Shown here: in pieces, positions 1-19,560 of the stretch
Numbering within the stretch: the stretch's first letter is position 1
How the letters are laid out: each line of letters starts with the position of its first letter
Origin: the human T2T-CHM13v2.0 reference genome, Homo sapiens
Strand: one strand, 5' to 3'
Assembly (NCBI RefSeq): GCF_009914755.1
Contig: NC_060938.1
DNA length: 64,000 bases
Position numbers and translations under genes: made by a program
Notes under the pieces: generated by a model
Database searches by the model: none
The model's input: only the letters and a program-made list of their open reading frames with translations
What the model was told of the DNA's origin: nothing

Positions 1-621
1 AGTTTCTGGAGACACTGCTCCTGTCAGCTGGTGATGCAACAATAGGGAAGTGATGGTGGTCAGGTCCAAGAGGCAACTTCCGGAAAAGAAGGTTTTCCTG
101 GCTATGAGTCATAAATTCAGAATCGGGGCAAACAATTCTTCTATCTACTTACTTTCACGTAAAAGTGTTTAATAAAAACACTTCTTGATTACTGTTGTTC
201 TATTTATCCTGGATCATCAAATCATACATGATTCAAAGAATAACAAAGTATCAAAATTTATGAGGAACTGTACTGGATAAAAACTCCGTAACATATACTG
301 TTCTGTAAGATGCTTCATTTTGAGGTTTCATCAAACCACAATTGACCTAGCAAACTCAATAAATCAAGTCTCTCTCACCAGTCTATTTCTCGTAGATTAG
401 GGTGGAGATGAATTAAGTGATGGCAACTTGAAAGATTCAAAAGATTCCAAATTAAAGAAAAAATTATCATTTAAAAGCACATTCTGGGTAAGATCATGGG
501 TAATACTTGCCCCTCTCTGTTTTCCAAACTCTTTAAATGACTCACTGTAAAAAATTATATATTAGTATAAAATCACCATGACATAAAAAAAAATTTTCCC
601 CAATAACATAAGAAAAGAATT

Positions 622-2254
<1,633 letters not shown>

Positions 2255-2293
2255 CAGTAGGACTTAAATATTTCCAAATAAATAAAATGTTAG

Positions 2294-2555
<262 letters not shown>

Positions 2556-2734
2556 AGACGATTATTTAAAGCTTTAACTAATAAAAAGTAATTGATTAGA
2601 AATAAAATCTAAAGTTAAATTACTACTCTATAAAAAAGAAAGTAAAAGTGAGTTTCTAAGAAGCTCTTTACTTACTAGCACCTTTTGAGATAAAATCTTC
2701 ACTTATAAATAATATGAAAATAAAGTGATTATAC

Positions 2735-2920
2735 AGCACAATGATTAAGAGTGTGGGCTCTGAAGTCAGATTATTTGGGTTCAAATCCCATTTTTTACCA
2801 CTTATTATAAATATCTGTGAATTCAGTCAGGTCATTTAACCTCTGCAAACCTCTGTTTTCTCACTGTAAAACTGGAGAATTATTATTTTTGGGTTAAGGA
2901 TTAAGTGAGATGATTCATAA
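2735..2920 (+). mobile_element. MIR
   Basis: gtgtgggctctgaagtcaga...gggttcaaatccc...ctctgttttctcactgtaaaa. Confidence 0.7.
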
Positions 2921-4360
2921 TTCTCTTTCTTATACCATACAAATTCATCATGTAGCAAAAAAAAAATGCAGTGAAAAAGCTACCCAACACAGTGTGATCC
3001 AGCTCAGCTACAGTGTAGGTGCATCATGGCCCCATTATACGTAGCAATAAATACTGTGACCTCAGGATTGATTTTGAGGGAAGAGCTTTGTTCCTTAACC
3101 CACTCCAGGCTCCTGAGTAGCGTGCACCACCACATCCAGCTAAAATATATACTTTTACAATTGTCTTTCTAAAAACCAAATCAATATTTGCTATAACCTG
3201 ACCTTCATCTTATCTATGACGCCTTATCTTATATAGCTTATCGTATATAGCCTTATCTGCTGCTTGAAGTAGACTTATTAAAACTAGTCACTTGAACAAT
3301 AGTTAAAATTGTATGATAATTGTGGCGATGTGTAATTGCTTTCGGAAACTCTGTTTAGGAAAAAACAAATACACCACAAAAAGTTTCCTAAAGTGTCCTT
3401 AACAATTATCAATTTCCTTAACAAATATAATCCCTACTTATAATGCTGTGCTACACAGGAAATAATAAGATTCTTTCTAGATATGTATCCCATATTCTAA
3501 GGACCTATTAATCTGACTCAGACCCAAAATGTCTATTAAAAAATGTATTGTGACATGTGTGGGTAAATTATTTGACTTTTTATTTCAGATTGAGAGGAGT
3601 AACTGAATTAAATCATTAGATCAAAATACTTCAAATTTGTTTACACTAGTATTAAGGTGACAAGTTAGAACAAGAAAATGCAAAAATGAGTTCCATTTAA
3701 ACATTTAATTGAGAAGGAAATGTAAATTATTTGTTCTTTAAAACAAATTTCCAAAATGACAAAACCATGCAGTAGAAAAAAAATTGTAGGATTTTGTTAA
3801 TCACATAAATTTTTAGTAATTTATACTGTTATCTAATGACAGTATTTTTCTCTCATACTGTCTCAGTCTGAATTAGTTTTAGCACTTACTCAAAACTAAA
3901 CAAGGATAAACTTGGACACAAAATATATTTAGAAATATATTTACTGATATGTGTACAGCCACCCCATATATTCTTAAATTTAGGGAGATCTGAACACTGA
4001 ATAATCATTATTTGAAAAGCATCTACATAAACAACATTCCACATATGACAGATATTTGGTAGGCTAATAATTAAGATACTTTTTCTTAGATTAGCAATGC
4101 AGGTTAAAAATCATAGCAGGATCCCTAAAGGTAAGTTTATCCATTTTCACTTACTATCCTGAAATTTAATTTAGATTGGAAAAAAAATTGCACTGAATGT
4201 AAACTTTGGGGTATATTTATTTTTTACTCAAATATTTCTTCCTATTTCCCTGTGAATATTGGGCATTATGTAAAATCCACTTGTTACAAATATTGCTAAT
4301 ATTTTAATATAAACAGGGTTTACAAGATCAAATGATATTTATTTTAATACCTACTATTGA

Positions 4361-4684
<324 letters not shown>

Positions 4685-4902
4685 ATTTATTGGAATTTCT
4701 TAGAATCATCAGATTTAGTATCAGTAGACCCACTGATAATATCACGGATAGTAACTTCTTAATTCATTAATTTCCATATACAATCAAACCAATTCCTGCA
4801 TTATAAAGAAACCAAAGCTGTACTAGTTTTAAAAAATATGTCAGTGCTACACTAGGGGTGTAACTCCTTATAAAGCAAGCATGAATGTGGCATCAAACTT
4901 AC

Positions 4903-4935
4903 TTTTCCAAAGAAGCCTTTGAAGAACTTCCTTTC
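4903..4935 (-). CDS. NUMB: NUMB alternative 33-nt PTB-insert exon (ERKFFKGFFGK; PTB-long isoforms)
   Basis: ctgttcctccag|GAAAGGAAGTTCTTCAAAGGCTTCTTTGGAAAA|gtaagt; matches the known 11-aa PTB insert. Confidence 0.96.
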
Positions 4936-5758
4936 CTGGAGGAACAGGGGGACAAGTCGAGTGCTATTATTGTATGGCCTAAATGTCCCAGAGTTTCACA
5001 CCAATAAGCACATACAGAAATTGGGGAAAGGAAAAAGTGGGAGAAGGGGTGGGAGTGAGTTTCAAAGAGTTATCCACACCAGGAGTGACAGGGAAAAAGG
5101 AAGGGTGCATGAAAATGCAGGGAAACACACTGTATAGCCTAAGAATCCATAGAAAGAGTAAGAAGAAATCAGAACCTGTATCCATGCAGAGCAACCAGTT
5201 AGTTTAGTAATCGCTATTTACATTTAAAACAGAGATCTTCCAAATTTGGCAGCAGAGAAAACAATAGGGCATACTGGTTTGGTGAGATTTGCATTTTAAA
5301 TTTTATAATAGTGAATAGAAAATAGAAGACTGGTTCCATATACATTTTTTAAGTTTAAAATTGGCGGTCAACTATGTGAAAGTCACCAATTTTAAAAAAG
5401 TCCACATTCAAATGACCACATAATCACATTAAAAATGTAATACGTAAAATTAAATGAGTATGCATCAAAGGTCCTTGTCATACTTTTTTCTTAGTGAGTT
5501 CAAGATGTCACTTAGAAACTCCATACCACTTAAGGGGAGCTTGACCATTGGCTTTCCATTTACTTACATTAGTATCAATCTATATGTACATGTGTGCTGA
5601 TCAATTTCACAACACACATAAGGAAATAACATGTATGTTTTATTCCAGACACAGAATAAATTATCTATTAAGGTTACAAGGCTAATGTTTATACAAGAGC
5701 TGAGAAAACAAGTATCCTAAGAACCAAATGATGTCTGTGGGCCACAACTGAAATTTAA

Positions 5759-6118
<360 letters not shown>

Positions 6119-7508
6119 TAAAAGCTGTTATTTTAAAATAAAGAAACTTGCATTGACATTTATAAGGAAACAATTCTGAAACTATCTGGATAACAGAGGC
6201 ATAACTATCTATGCTATCAGCACCAATTTTTAAGCACCATTTACGAAAACTGGCCACCAATTAAAATCTGTAGAATTTACACAAATTAGATGGGTTTGAA
6301 CTCACACAAGCTAGATTTAACTTTACATTTCCTAGCTGTGGTTGAAATATACTTTAAGCCTTTACTTTTTATAATCATAGGTTTTTAATGTTGGATAAAT
6401 GTCTAGGAAAAGATAATTGCATTGAAATCTGACTCTTTTACACAATTCATAAACTATTCAGTGCTCTCCAACACTGGAAAGTTTGTTTTCCCCTCTAAGC
6501 TTTGAAAATCACAAACAGCAAAAAATATTTCCACAAAACATTTTGAACTGCAACTGGAAAAATAATAAAGTAATTGGGTAGTTATCACAGTAAGACTAGA
6601 TTATTTCTGCTGCCAAGTTTGGTGACCCTAGTTTTGTTAGACTATGAATAACCATAAGCTTTCAAGGATGCAGCCAAAGTTAAGATATTCACCATTCTTG
6701 AGGGATGGGAAGGTGAAGGAAGGAGATTGTTAATATTTAATTTAGCTCCTAGAAAAGCTACTGTTAAACATTGAGCTTTCCCTCTTTTTATAAAATACCC
6801 AAGATGTTAATGAAAAAAGTTGGCATGCAAAATGCATAAAAAGACAGTTATTAAAGAATAATAATGTTCTTTTAAAAACATTTGTTATGATTCTTTTACC
6901 TGCTAAAACAAGAACATATATTAAAACAAATATATCAAATAGTGAATAAAAAACCAACATATTAGAAACTGGTAGTATAATGAAACTAGTCTAAAACTAA
7001 GACAGAGGGAGAGACATTTAAGAAACAATGGGAAGAAATGACCTTAAACGAAGGGCATCTTGGACTAGAGTTAAGCAAGATAACCAAAGGCCTTATACAC
7101 TTTTTTATGGAATTGGCTGATATATGACAATATTCCTCACCCTGTAGCTGATATGCCATAAAGGCAGTAACAATGGGCAATAGTGATTTCTGTCATTTAT
7201 CCTATAGAAGCTAAGTCCCAAAGTAGCTAATCAGTGAGGTTATATGACAAAGTAAATGAGTTGAAAATAGCTGTCAATAACTTTATGCCCAGAAAGTTAA
7301 AAAATTAACATATTTATGCTCTGAGGAGCATATTTTTAAAACACTATCTTGTTTAGTTATAATATTTTTTTCATTTGAGCATATCAAGTATGCAGATGAC
7401 TTCCAATTGAAGTTAATGTAATTCTAAATTGTAAGAGAGTATTTTGGTGAAAAACACTTGCAAATTATCTCTTTCCTCAATTGTTCACAAATTTAAAAAG
7501 CGCTAGAA

Positions 7509-7826
<318 letters not shown>

Positions 7827-7846
7827 TCAAAGATTATTCACTAGAT

Positions 7847-7884
7847 GTGTTGGTGGTACAGTGATGAGCATAGCTGCCTTCCAA
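7847..7884 (+). pseudogene. 5'-half tRNA-Gly(TCC) retropseudogene, tailless
   Basis: gtgttggtggtacagtgatgagcatagctgccttccaa matches GCGTTGGTGGTATAGTGGTGAGCATAGCTGCCTTCCAA at 35/38; flanked by aaagattattcac / aaagatcattcac. Confidence 0.85.
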
Positions 7885-8366
7885 AGATCATTCACATGGT
7901 AGGTTTAAAATGCTTGTTTTGTTACTTAACTGGTACATCTGAGCTATTCTTTAAAATTTTAAACTCTGGCATTCAAACTAATTTCAAAGATATCCTATTT
8001 CTTCTTTAATCCTCTGCAGGCTTATGCATCCTTATATTTGCTCCCACTTATTTGAAACTCTAAAAGGAAGCTTTATAATCTATAAAAAAAACAAACAAAA
8101 AGTCTCCAGAAACATAGCATTTGGCACAATATAAGTATCTGGCAAAGTAGGTTGTAGATCCCCAGTGGATGATTTTTAGATGAATGTTTGCTCAGAGAAA
8201 TCAAAAGGCAACGAGAAATTTCTGCATAGTAAAAATATGAAAAGAAGACAAAAATCAGGAATACATGTGGCACACTATGATATGAGAAGAACAGTATCCT
8301 AAAGACTTCCGATTTTCTGCAAGATTCTCAGTATAGCTCTAGAAAGAGTATTTAAAAGAAAGGGGA

Positions 8367-8705
<339 letters not shown>

Positions 8706-11374
8706 TTACTCCAGTGACCCAAAACTTCAATTTCATGTTTTAATAATACATGCCAGTGCAAAACTACATATAACATTTGCTCCAAATCTAGTTTTTGTCT
8801 GAAAAATTTTAAATAACTTCTTGATAAGAAGTCTAGAAATGGTCAATTTCCCCTCAAAGTTTAAAAGTTTAAGTATGTTTAGAAAACAATCACCAACATA
8901 TCTAAAACTTTCTTTTTTATTATTTATTTTTATAGAGACAGGGTCTCACTATGTTACCCAGGCTGGTCTTGAACTCCTGGCTTTAAGCAATCCTCCCATC
9001 TCAGACTTCTAAGTAGCTGAGATTATAGGCGCAAGCTACTGTGTTCGGCTTAAAACTTTCTTTTAGTCATTAAAAACCACAGGAAAATAAAGATCTTTAG
9101 AAATAAACAAAACAGTTTTGGTAAACTTAAAACATTAGACATAATATTTGATTATGGTTATTGTAAGACTCAATTTGACCACATATTGTAGATCAGATTG
9201 TATTCTGTATATTCATTCTAGAAGTATTTTTTGAGTTACTACTATGTGCCAGCCACTGTTCCATGCATAGGTATAATTTTTAAAATGGCTATTTAGTTCC
9301 TAATTCTGATGAATATAAAAACATTAAATTTTATTATCTAAATAGTCCTATGCCTCAAGCAATCACGCCTATTATCTTCTTGGTTTAAAAAAAAAAAAGG
9401 TAAAATAAAACAAAAAAATCTACTGAAACATTAGTTTTAAAACTAGATAGTTAAATAGTGGCTATCTCTGGGGTTGTAGGAAATTTCATTTTATTTGTGT
9501 ACTTTTTTGGTTCATTTGTATTTTATACAATAAACATATTGCTTATATAATAACGAGATATTTCTAATTAAAAGTATTTCAAAAAAAAACAAAGCTAGAC
9601 AGGTAAGAGGATTAACTGCTCATTAAACAACAAAATACCGTTTCTCAATATGTTCTGGGCAAACTTAAACCACCTCTAGCTTTTCCTTACTTACAGAGTG
9701 CACATGAAGTCATACTCTGAATCAAAAGACTTTCTAAAGGCTCATTCCACAGTGGCCATTTCACCATAAGTTGTGTAAATTATAAGATTTTAATAATTAT
9801 TTATAGTTTGTTTCAGGGCTATCTAGTCTGTTCACTGTTTTCAGTCATTAGTATAAAATATTATTTAATGGGCAAATAACTGCATTACTTTAAAAAAATG
9901 TTCTTAGCTAAAATCATCTTGTTTGTGTATTTATTTAGTTGAGACAAGGGCTCGCTGTGTTGCCCAGGTTGGTCTCAAACTCCTAGACTCAAGCAATCCT
10001 CCTACCTCAGCCTCCCGAGTAACTGATATTTTGTTTATTATTATTCTAGATGAACCCGGAATTATTTTGTTAAAGAAAATTAAATTTTTACTTCTCTTTT
10101 AAATTTGGTTTTGACAAAATGGAAAATTAAATTATCTGAGACTATGTTCAACTGGGGAATATATTTAGGTTGGCATGGAAGGTCTACAAACTATAATTTC
10201 ATGTACCATAACACAAGGTCCCCTTAACGTAATGACAGATTGGGAGAGCACAGATAAGACTAGCAAAGGCTTGAATCATTTAAGAATTTTAATGATCAAA
10301 ATCTGAGATAAAGAGTATGTATAGGTATCTATGTATGTATATATGTGTAGGTATGTCTGTATCTTTTTTTAAAATTTTTTAGTTCTTTGTATATTATAGC
10401 CAATTACTTTTCTCTTTTCCCTTCTATGACAGATTCAGGTATTTATCCCAAAATTAAATCTACCTCTCTGACTTGGTTGCTTTTTCTCTAAATTTTATAT
10501 ATTTTATATTCAGGAATTATAGATAAGAAGTAATATAGACTATGCCGAGAAGCACAAAAGTTCTGATTACTAAGCAAATTGAGGGAAAAAAGCACACATT
10601 AGTAGTCAAACTTGTGGCAGCCCACCATACCAGCAAACCCAAAGCAACATGTATTTAATGCTGTTGGGACCAGAGCATGCAGAAGTAATGCTTAAAGCTT
10701 TCACAGCAAAGTGGGGAAAGGCCACATATTAGAGAGAAGGAGGGTTGTGAAAAGGGCTATCAGATCTATGGAACATTCCTCAAACCTATGGAAAATCTGA
10801 AATTAACACTTTGAATCTTTATGAATTCCGAACTCGTTCTTTCCTTTCACTGAATACACAGGCATGTGCCTGGGATGTGTTCTATCGCATAACAGGCAGA
10901 GGAAACGTTATCCTGGGAAAGGGCTCTCTACTTCAAGTGTGCTAAAGTTTATGTAAAAGGCAGTAGAAATAGACTGTTTATGTTAGAGGTGTATAGAGAA
11001 GAAAATTGGGGAGTAGGAGTCAAGGTAATAGTAAGAAGTCTCCAAAAAGGAAACCTCACCAGGCATCAACACAGACCTCTATCCTCTAGTTTTCCCCAGG
11101 AAGCTATTTTTTACAGTATATTTAAAACCCCTAATTTATAGCCCAGTTATCACAGTTAGGGTAAGATGTTAACTGTAACAGTTTAATCCTAGTCTTAGAA
11201 TACTATTCTTCTATCAGATTTCACAACATTTGTTTCATATGGGTTATAAATCAAAAGTACCTTTAGGATAATATCTGGCCTAAATTTAAACGGCTCATCT
11301 AATAATTTATACCTCTGGATGGGCAACATGAGATGCTTTTAAATTTTTTAATTATTATTTTATTATTTAAGAAA

Positions 11375-11508
11375 AAATTTTTGAAATTAATAGAGACAGG
11401 GTCTTGAAATGTTGCCCAGGCTGGTCTCAAACTCCTGGCCTCATGTAATCCTCCTGCCTCAGCCTCCCAAAGTGCTAGGATTACAGGAGTGAGCCACCGC
11501 GCTTGGCT
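11375..11508 (-). mobile_element. Alu monomer (FLAM-like); similar monomers at about 8915-9048 and 9935-10022
   Basis: Single antisense arm. Confidence 0.8.
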
Positions 11509-11647
11509 GAGATGCTCCTTATTAGCAAGCCCACATCTTTTTAACAGAAACACAGTTTTTACTGGGTCACTAAAATGTACTGAGCAAAATCTTTTAAGAA
11601 AATATTGATAGCATATAGATCAACACTGGCAACCATCAAATACATAC

Positions 11648-11722
11648 AGCTTTCAATCTTTTTACAGCATCTTCACAGATGTGCATTCCTCTTGATTCAT
11701 CAACTTCTACATGGCCAAGGTA
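11648..11722 (-). CDS. NUMB: NUMB coding exon, PTB domain (YLGHVEVDESRGMHICEDAVKRLKA)
   Basis: ttttccttctttctacag|TACCTTGGC...TTGAAAGCT|gtatgt; 75 nt, phase 0/0. Confidence 0.97.
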
Positions 11723-11805
11723 CTGTAGAAAGAAGGAAAAGTTAGGGCTATTGCTATGTTTACCAAGTAGCTACTATACAGTAAGCATTAGGTGAAAATT
11801 GAATA

Positions 11806-11891
11806 CAGGTTGAACATTCCAAATCTGAAAAAATTTGAAATCTGAAACACTTCTGGGTGTCAAGCATGTTGGATAAGAGACACACAACCTG
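11806..11891. mobile_element. Miniature internally deleted Tigger4/MER46-type element
   Basis: TA|caggttgaacattcc...ggataagagacacacaacctg|TA: terminal inverted repeats and TA duplication. Confidence 0.7.
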
Positions 11892-12397
11892 TATTGAAAT
11901 TCCTACACTCAAGAAATACACAGCCAGTGAAAAAGAGTTCAGATAATGTAACTTTACATATTCTCAGTGTCCTCATAGGAATAAGATTTAGAATAATTAT
12001 TTCAAAAAGGTGTTACAGGTGAGTAAGTGAAGAAGTACACAGTAGGCACTAAACATTACCTGAATCTACTGGATCTGAAGCATAATAGCCTGCGCTAGAC
12101 ACAGTTACTATGTCTCTACACATAAAAGTAATCCTAAGACAAAGTATATATACATATCTTTTAAAAAGCACAAACAAAAATGACAGTTTTTCAAAGACTG
12201 AAGAAATCACACATTCCTTTTATGGGGAGCATATAAGAGCATGGCAGATCACCAAAACAAATTTTATGAAGGTATTACATCTGAGCTTGAAAAGATACAT
12301 AAAATTTGAAGAGGCAAAAATTGAAAGGTTGAAAGACTATTTCAGGCTGAGAGAAATACATAAAGTTATAGGTGTGGAATAGGATAACTATGTATCA

Positions 12398-13029
12398 GTG
12401 CTGGGACTCAGAACACGTTACCCCAAAGTATGGTGCTGAATGCTTTGAACTAAAAAAGAACCAAGGTCTGACCTTCTCTTGACCTCCTGACTCTAACTCC
12501 TCCTTCTCCCCTGAAGAGCAGGAGGGGCTTTCTCTGAAGCTCTCTTATCTGCCCAAAGATAGATCCTTCAAAAAGGAGCTCAATTGTTATTTATGCCCTC
12601 CCTGGGAATCTTATCAACTGGGGTAGATTAACTGTATCACAGAAGAAGAGACTAACGGTCAACACCCCAGACTCTGTCACAGGCTATCACCTATTCTTCT
12701 GAGGGCTGCTCCAGACAACTTGTATTATAGGAGAGACTTTTTATCTGCATAACAAGGCAAGCTTTGCTCACCGTGCATTTCCTCCCCTCATAGTCCCATA
12801 GGTTGTCACCACCTCCCCTCAAGTCCCTATTCCTTTCTGTAGCTCAGGATGCCATAAAAATGTCAATCATCTGGCCTTCAAGTTTGATATTTTGTGAGAC
12901 TCTTATGTACAAACACATAATAAATTTTGCCTTTTTTTTTCCCTGCTAATCTATCTACTGTCAGTTTATCTCACATACTCAAATACTGAATGTTCAAAGG
13001 GTAGAGGGAAAGTTCTCTTCTCCCCAGCA
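12398..13029 (+). mobile_element. ERV1 solo LTR (MER34/MER39-like)
   Basis: tg...ca ends; gggactcagaacac...accccaaagtatgg start; AATAAA near 12919; agggtagagggaaagttctc end. Confidence 0.65.
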
Positions 13030-13376
13030 TCAACAAATAGTCTTGTTTGGCTTGAATATGAAATACATGCACCTGGGGAACTGAGGTGCTAAAATGGCAC
13101 TTAACCCTAGAGACAATGGAGAACTAACAAAATTTTTTTTTTTTTCAAGGTAGTAATATGATTCAAGGTCTGGTTGCAGGTAATACGGAGTAGACACACT
13201 ACACCCTGTCCTTCCCACTGACTGAAACCTTAAAACCTGAACAGAATTCACAGAATAGGTACTTAAGCTTTCTGAAAAGTAAACAGAAGATGAATCAGAG
13301 TAGAATACCAGAATTCAAAGTACTATGGAAATGGCAAGGAATTTACCTCCCCTTTCTCTCTTTGGTACCTCCAGAC

Positions 13377-14157
<781 letters not shown>

Positions 14158-14855
14158 AAGCCTGAACTTCTAGCCAGAAATCCAAAAGCGAGTGCTGTGA
14201 TACAGAAAGATGTCTGGGAAAATCTCTCTAGCTCTGGTTTGAGGACCAGGAAATGGAACTCCTAAAGCTCAGAGAGAGTACAGGAGTCCCCCTCTCTTTT
14301 ATTGGTTCTCTTACATCTCAGCCACCAGGAAATCCTGTGATGGTGTGATAGCAGCAGAGGTAGCAACAAAAGAAACCCCTGCAAGAGCCACACCTCTAAG
14401 GCAGGGGGAACTGCCTCTCTGTTTGGTAGAATGGTGATTCCAGGAAGATGGGGCCAATCCCCCTTTTGCTTTTTTCCTTTCTCTCTGATCTCCTGCCATT
14501 TGATCCTAGATACAAGTGAAATTGTGGGACTTCATGGTAGTGCAGGCCAACCAGAGCCCTAGGTTTCTGGCTAGAGGTCAAGAAAGGGGAGCTCCAGGGA
14601 ACCAGAAAGTACCAAAGAAGGCACAGGAAGGGAGGAGCTTGAGAAAGACCATGAATTTGTTTGTGAATTCCTAGGCTCACCCTGCAGCTGCACAGGTAAG
14701 AATCTGATTCTAATTAGCATACTCAGGACTTTGACAGCTGAACTAATGTACAGACCACCTCCTGGTTCCCAAACTGACCCCTAGGTGACATACACACAGA
14801 ATAGATCAGAATAGCACCGCAGATCAGAATAGCATTGCAGAGGCTTTGAAAACTA

Positions 14856-15234
<379 letters not shown>

Positions 15235-15709
15235 CTAACTGGACTGACTGGCATAGGAAATGTTCATTAAAAAGGAATTAACATTTACTGATTACCTACT
15301 GTGTGCCAGAAACTGTGCTGGATGCTTTATATATTTTGTCTAACCTAATAACTACTCAGAAAGGTATGTTTGATCACTTGATTTTAAAACTGAGGAAAGG
15401 AAATGAGGTTCAGGAGTGCTGAAAAACTTTCCCAAAGTCATACACACAGCTAGTCAGGGAAGAATATGGTTTACATTCATGACTTCAAAGTCCAAAGTTC
15501 TCACACTTGACTTTACCACAATTCAAGAAAACTTTTCCTGATTTTTCATTCCTATTATAAGGAAATTTAAAAAAAAAACAGGTTCTTTCCACATTTTTTC
15601 CTACAATTTTTAAAAATAAGAGTCCTTTCCCTGGCAAATTCTTCCTCTGGCAGGGCTGAAACTGTCAATTACAAGTGAGCCTCTCTGAAGACTCAGTGAA
15701 AACATCTAA

Positions 15710-16071
<362 letters not shown>

Positions 16072-16269
16072 CTTGAGAATTATTAATATGAGGCGGACTA
16101 GGAGGCTTAATGACATTTTGGAATATGGTGCTGTAAAAGTACATCATTATTGAGCAAAACTAAAAAAATAGTTAAAAATCTAGTATCTGCAATTTCTGAG
16201 TAAGACTGGTTCTTAGAGATGACTCTAGCTCATATACATGGTCCTGTAGGACATAGATTTACTCATTTT

Positions 16270-17810
<1,541 letters not shown>

Positions 17811-18564
17811 AGAGGTTTTTTGATTTAGATTGTAAGTGCCACAATGGTAGGAAACTTGTACGTGTTGTATTCATTCAGGTATGGTAACCACTAGTGTGTG
17901 TCATATATAGTAGTGCTAAATACATATTTATTGCATGAATGAATTCATCTGAAATTTCAGCTTGAGCTTCTCCCTTCTCAGTCCTCTTCTCTCTCTCTTT
18001 TTCTCTCTCACAGCTGGGACACCCATCTTCTCTTGCCCTTAAACATTAATTTGCAGTTGGTTGACTCTATGGATGAAGAGGGCTGAGTGTATACGCAAAG
18101 TGTTTAGTATGTACCTAACAGTAAACACTCAGTATATTTTAGACTTTGAGCAAAAGTAGGATTTTAGGAGTTTCTGACTACTCTCTTTGAACTTCCCATA
18201 GCTTTCACCCTTAATACACAAATTAAACACTGATCCTTATTCCTCTCTTGAACTCCAGTACCAAGTTTTGACTCTCAGCTCACTGCACTTGTTACTTGAC
18301 CTTGGGAAGGATACTTATCTTGTGACTCAGTAGTGTTGTTTCAAGAATTAAAAAGAGTTTATATATTTGAAGCACCCAGCGCAGTGTCTGGTAATCAGTA
18401 AGTGCTCAATAAAATTTTAACTGTTATCTGATTTCTTTGGTGGCCTTCAGAGCTTAGCTTGTTGAAAACTGCACCTCCTGTACCTCTGATGTTTGTATTT
18501 ACCTGCTTATTTCTTTTACTAATACCTCAGGTCTCAACAGCAGGGGCAAACACTTCAAAGAATT

Positions 18565-18851
18565 TTCTTTTCTTTTGAGACAGGATCTTGCTTTGTCACC
18601 CAGGCTGGAGTGCAGTGGTCCAAACATAGTTAACTGCAGCCTTAGGCTCAAGCAATCCTCCCACCTCAGCCCCCAAAGAGCTGGGACTACAGGCACACAC
18701 CACAACACCCAGTTAATTTTTGTATTTTTTTTGTAGAGATGGGGTTTTGCTGTGTTGCCCGGGCTGGTCTCAAACTCCTGAGCTCAAGCATTCTGCCTGC
18801 CTTGGCCTCCCAAAGTGCTGAGATTACAGGCTTCAGCCACCATGCCTGGCC
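18565..18851 (-). mobile_element. Alu (J-type)
   Basis: Antisense dimer with J diagnostics. Confidence 0.9.
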
Positions 18852-19256
18852 TTAAAGTATTTTCCAGTTCTTCCTCTTCACTTGACTTTCAATCAGTTCC
18901 ATATATATATTTTTTTCATAGTCACATTTCCCTGATCAGAAATTTTGTTGCTCTCAATTATTTGCCAATTAAGTAGAAGCAAAAAATGGTTAGGGATCAA
19001 ATCCTTGATTTGCAGCTTTCTGGCTTCATGGTCTTGGGCAAATTACATGACTTGTCTGTGTATTACTTGTCTGTGTCTCAATTTCCTCATCTTCTAAAAT
19101 GAGAATACAGCAGTAACCACTGGCAGTTTGAGGATTAAATGACTTAATACCTACAAAGTACTTAGAACCATGCCCCACACATAGCAAATACTATATATGT
19201 CTTCGCTTTTTAAGTACAGATTTAGTATAGTATCCCACGTGTTCAGTCTTGTCTAC

Positions 19257-19560
19257 TGTTAGTCAGGGTTTTCCAGAGAGACAGAACCAATAGGATGGAT
19301 GGATGGATGGTCAGATGGATAGATGAATGAATGAATATTTACTACAGGAATTGGCCATGCAATTATGGAGGATAAGAAGTCCTATGACAGGCTGTCTGCA
19401 AGCTGGAAACCCAGGGATACCAATAGTGTGGTTCAGTTCAAGTCCAAAAGCCTTAGAACCAAGGAAGCTGACAATACAACTCTCTGAGGCTGAAGGCCTG
19501 AGAACCTGGGGGTGCTGCTGGTACAAGTCCCAGAGTCCAAAGGCTGGAGAGCCTGAAGTC
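19257..19560 (-). mobile_element. MLT2 (ERVL) LTR, 3' part, with (GGAT)n
   Basis: tgttagtcagggttttccagagagacagaaccaatagg is the reverse complement of the MLT2 3' end. Confidence 0.8.
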
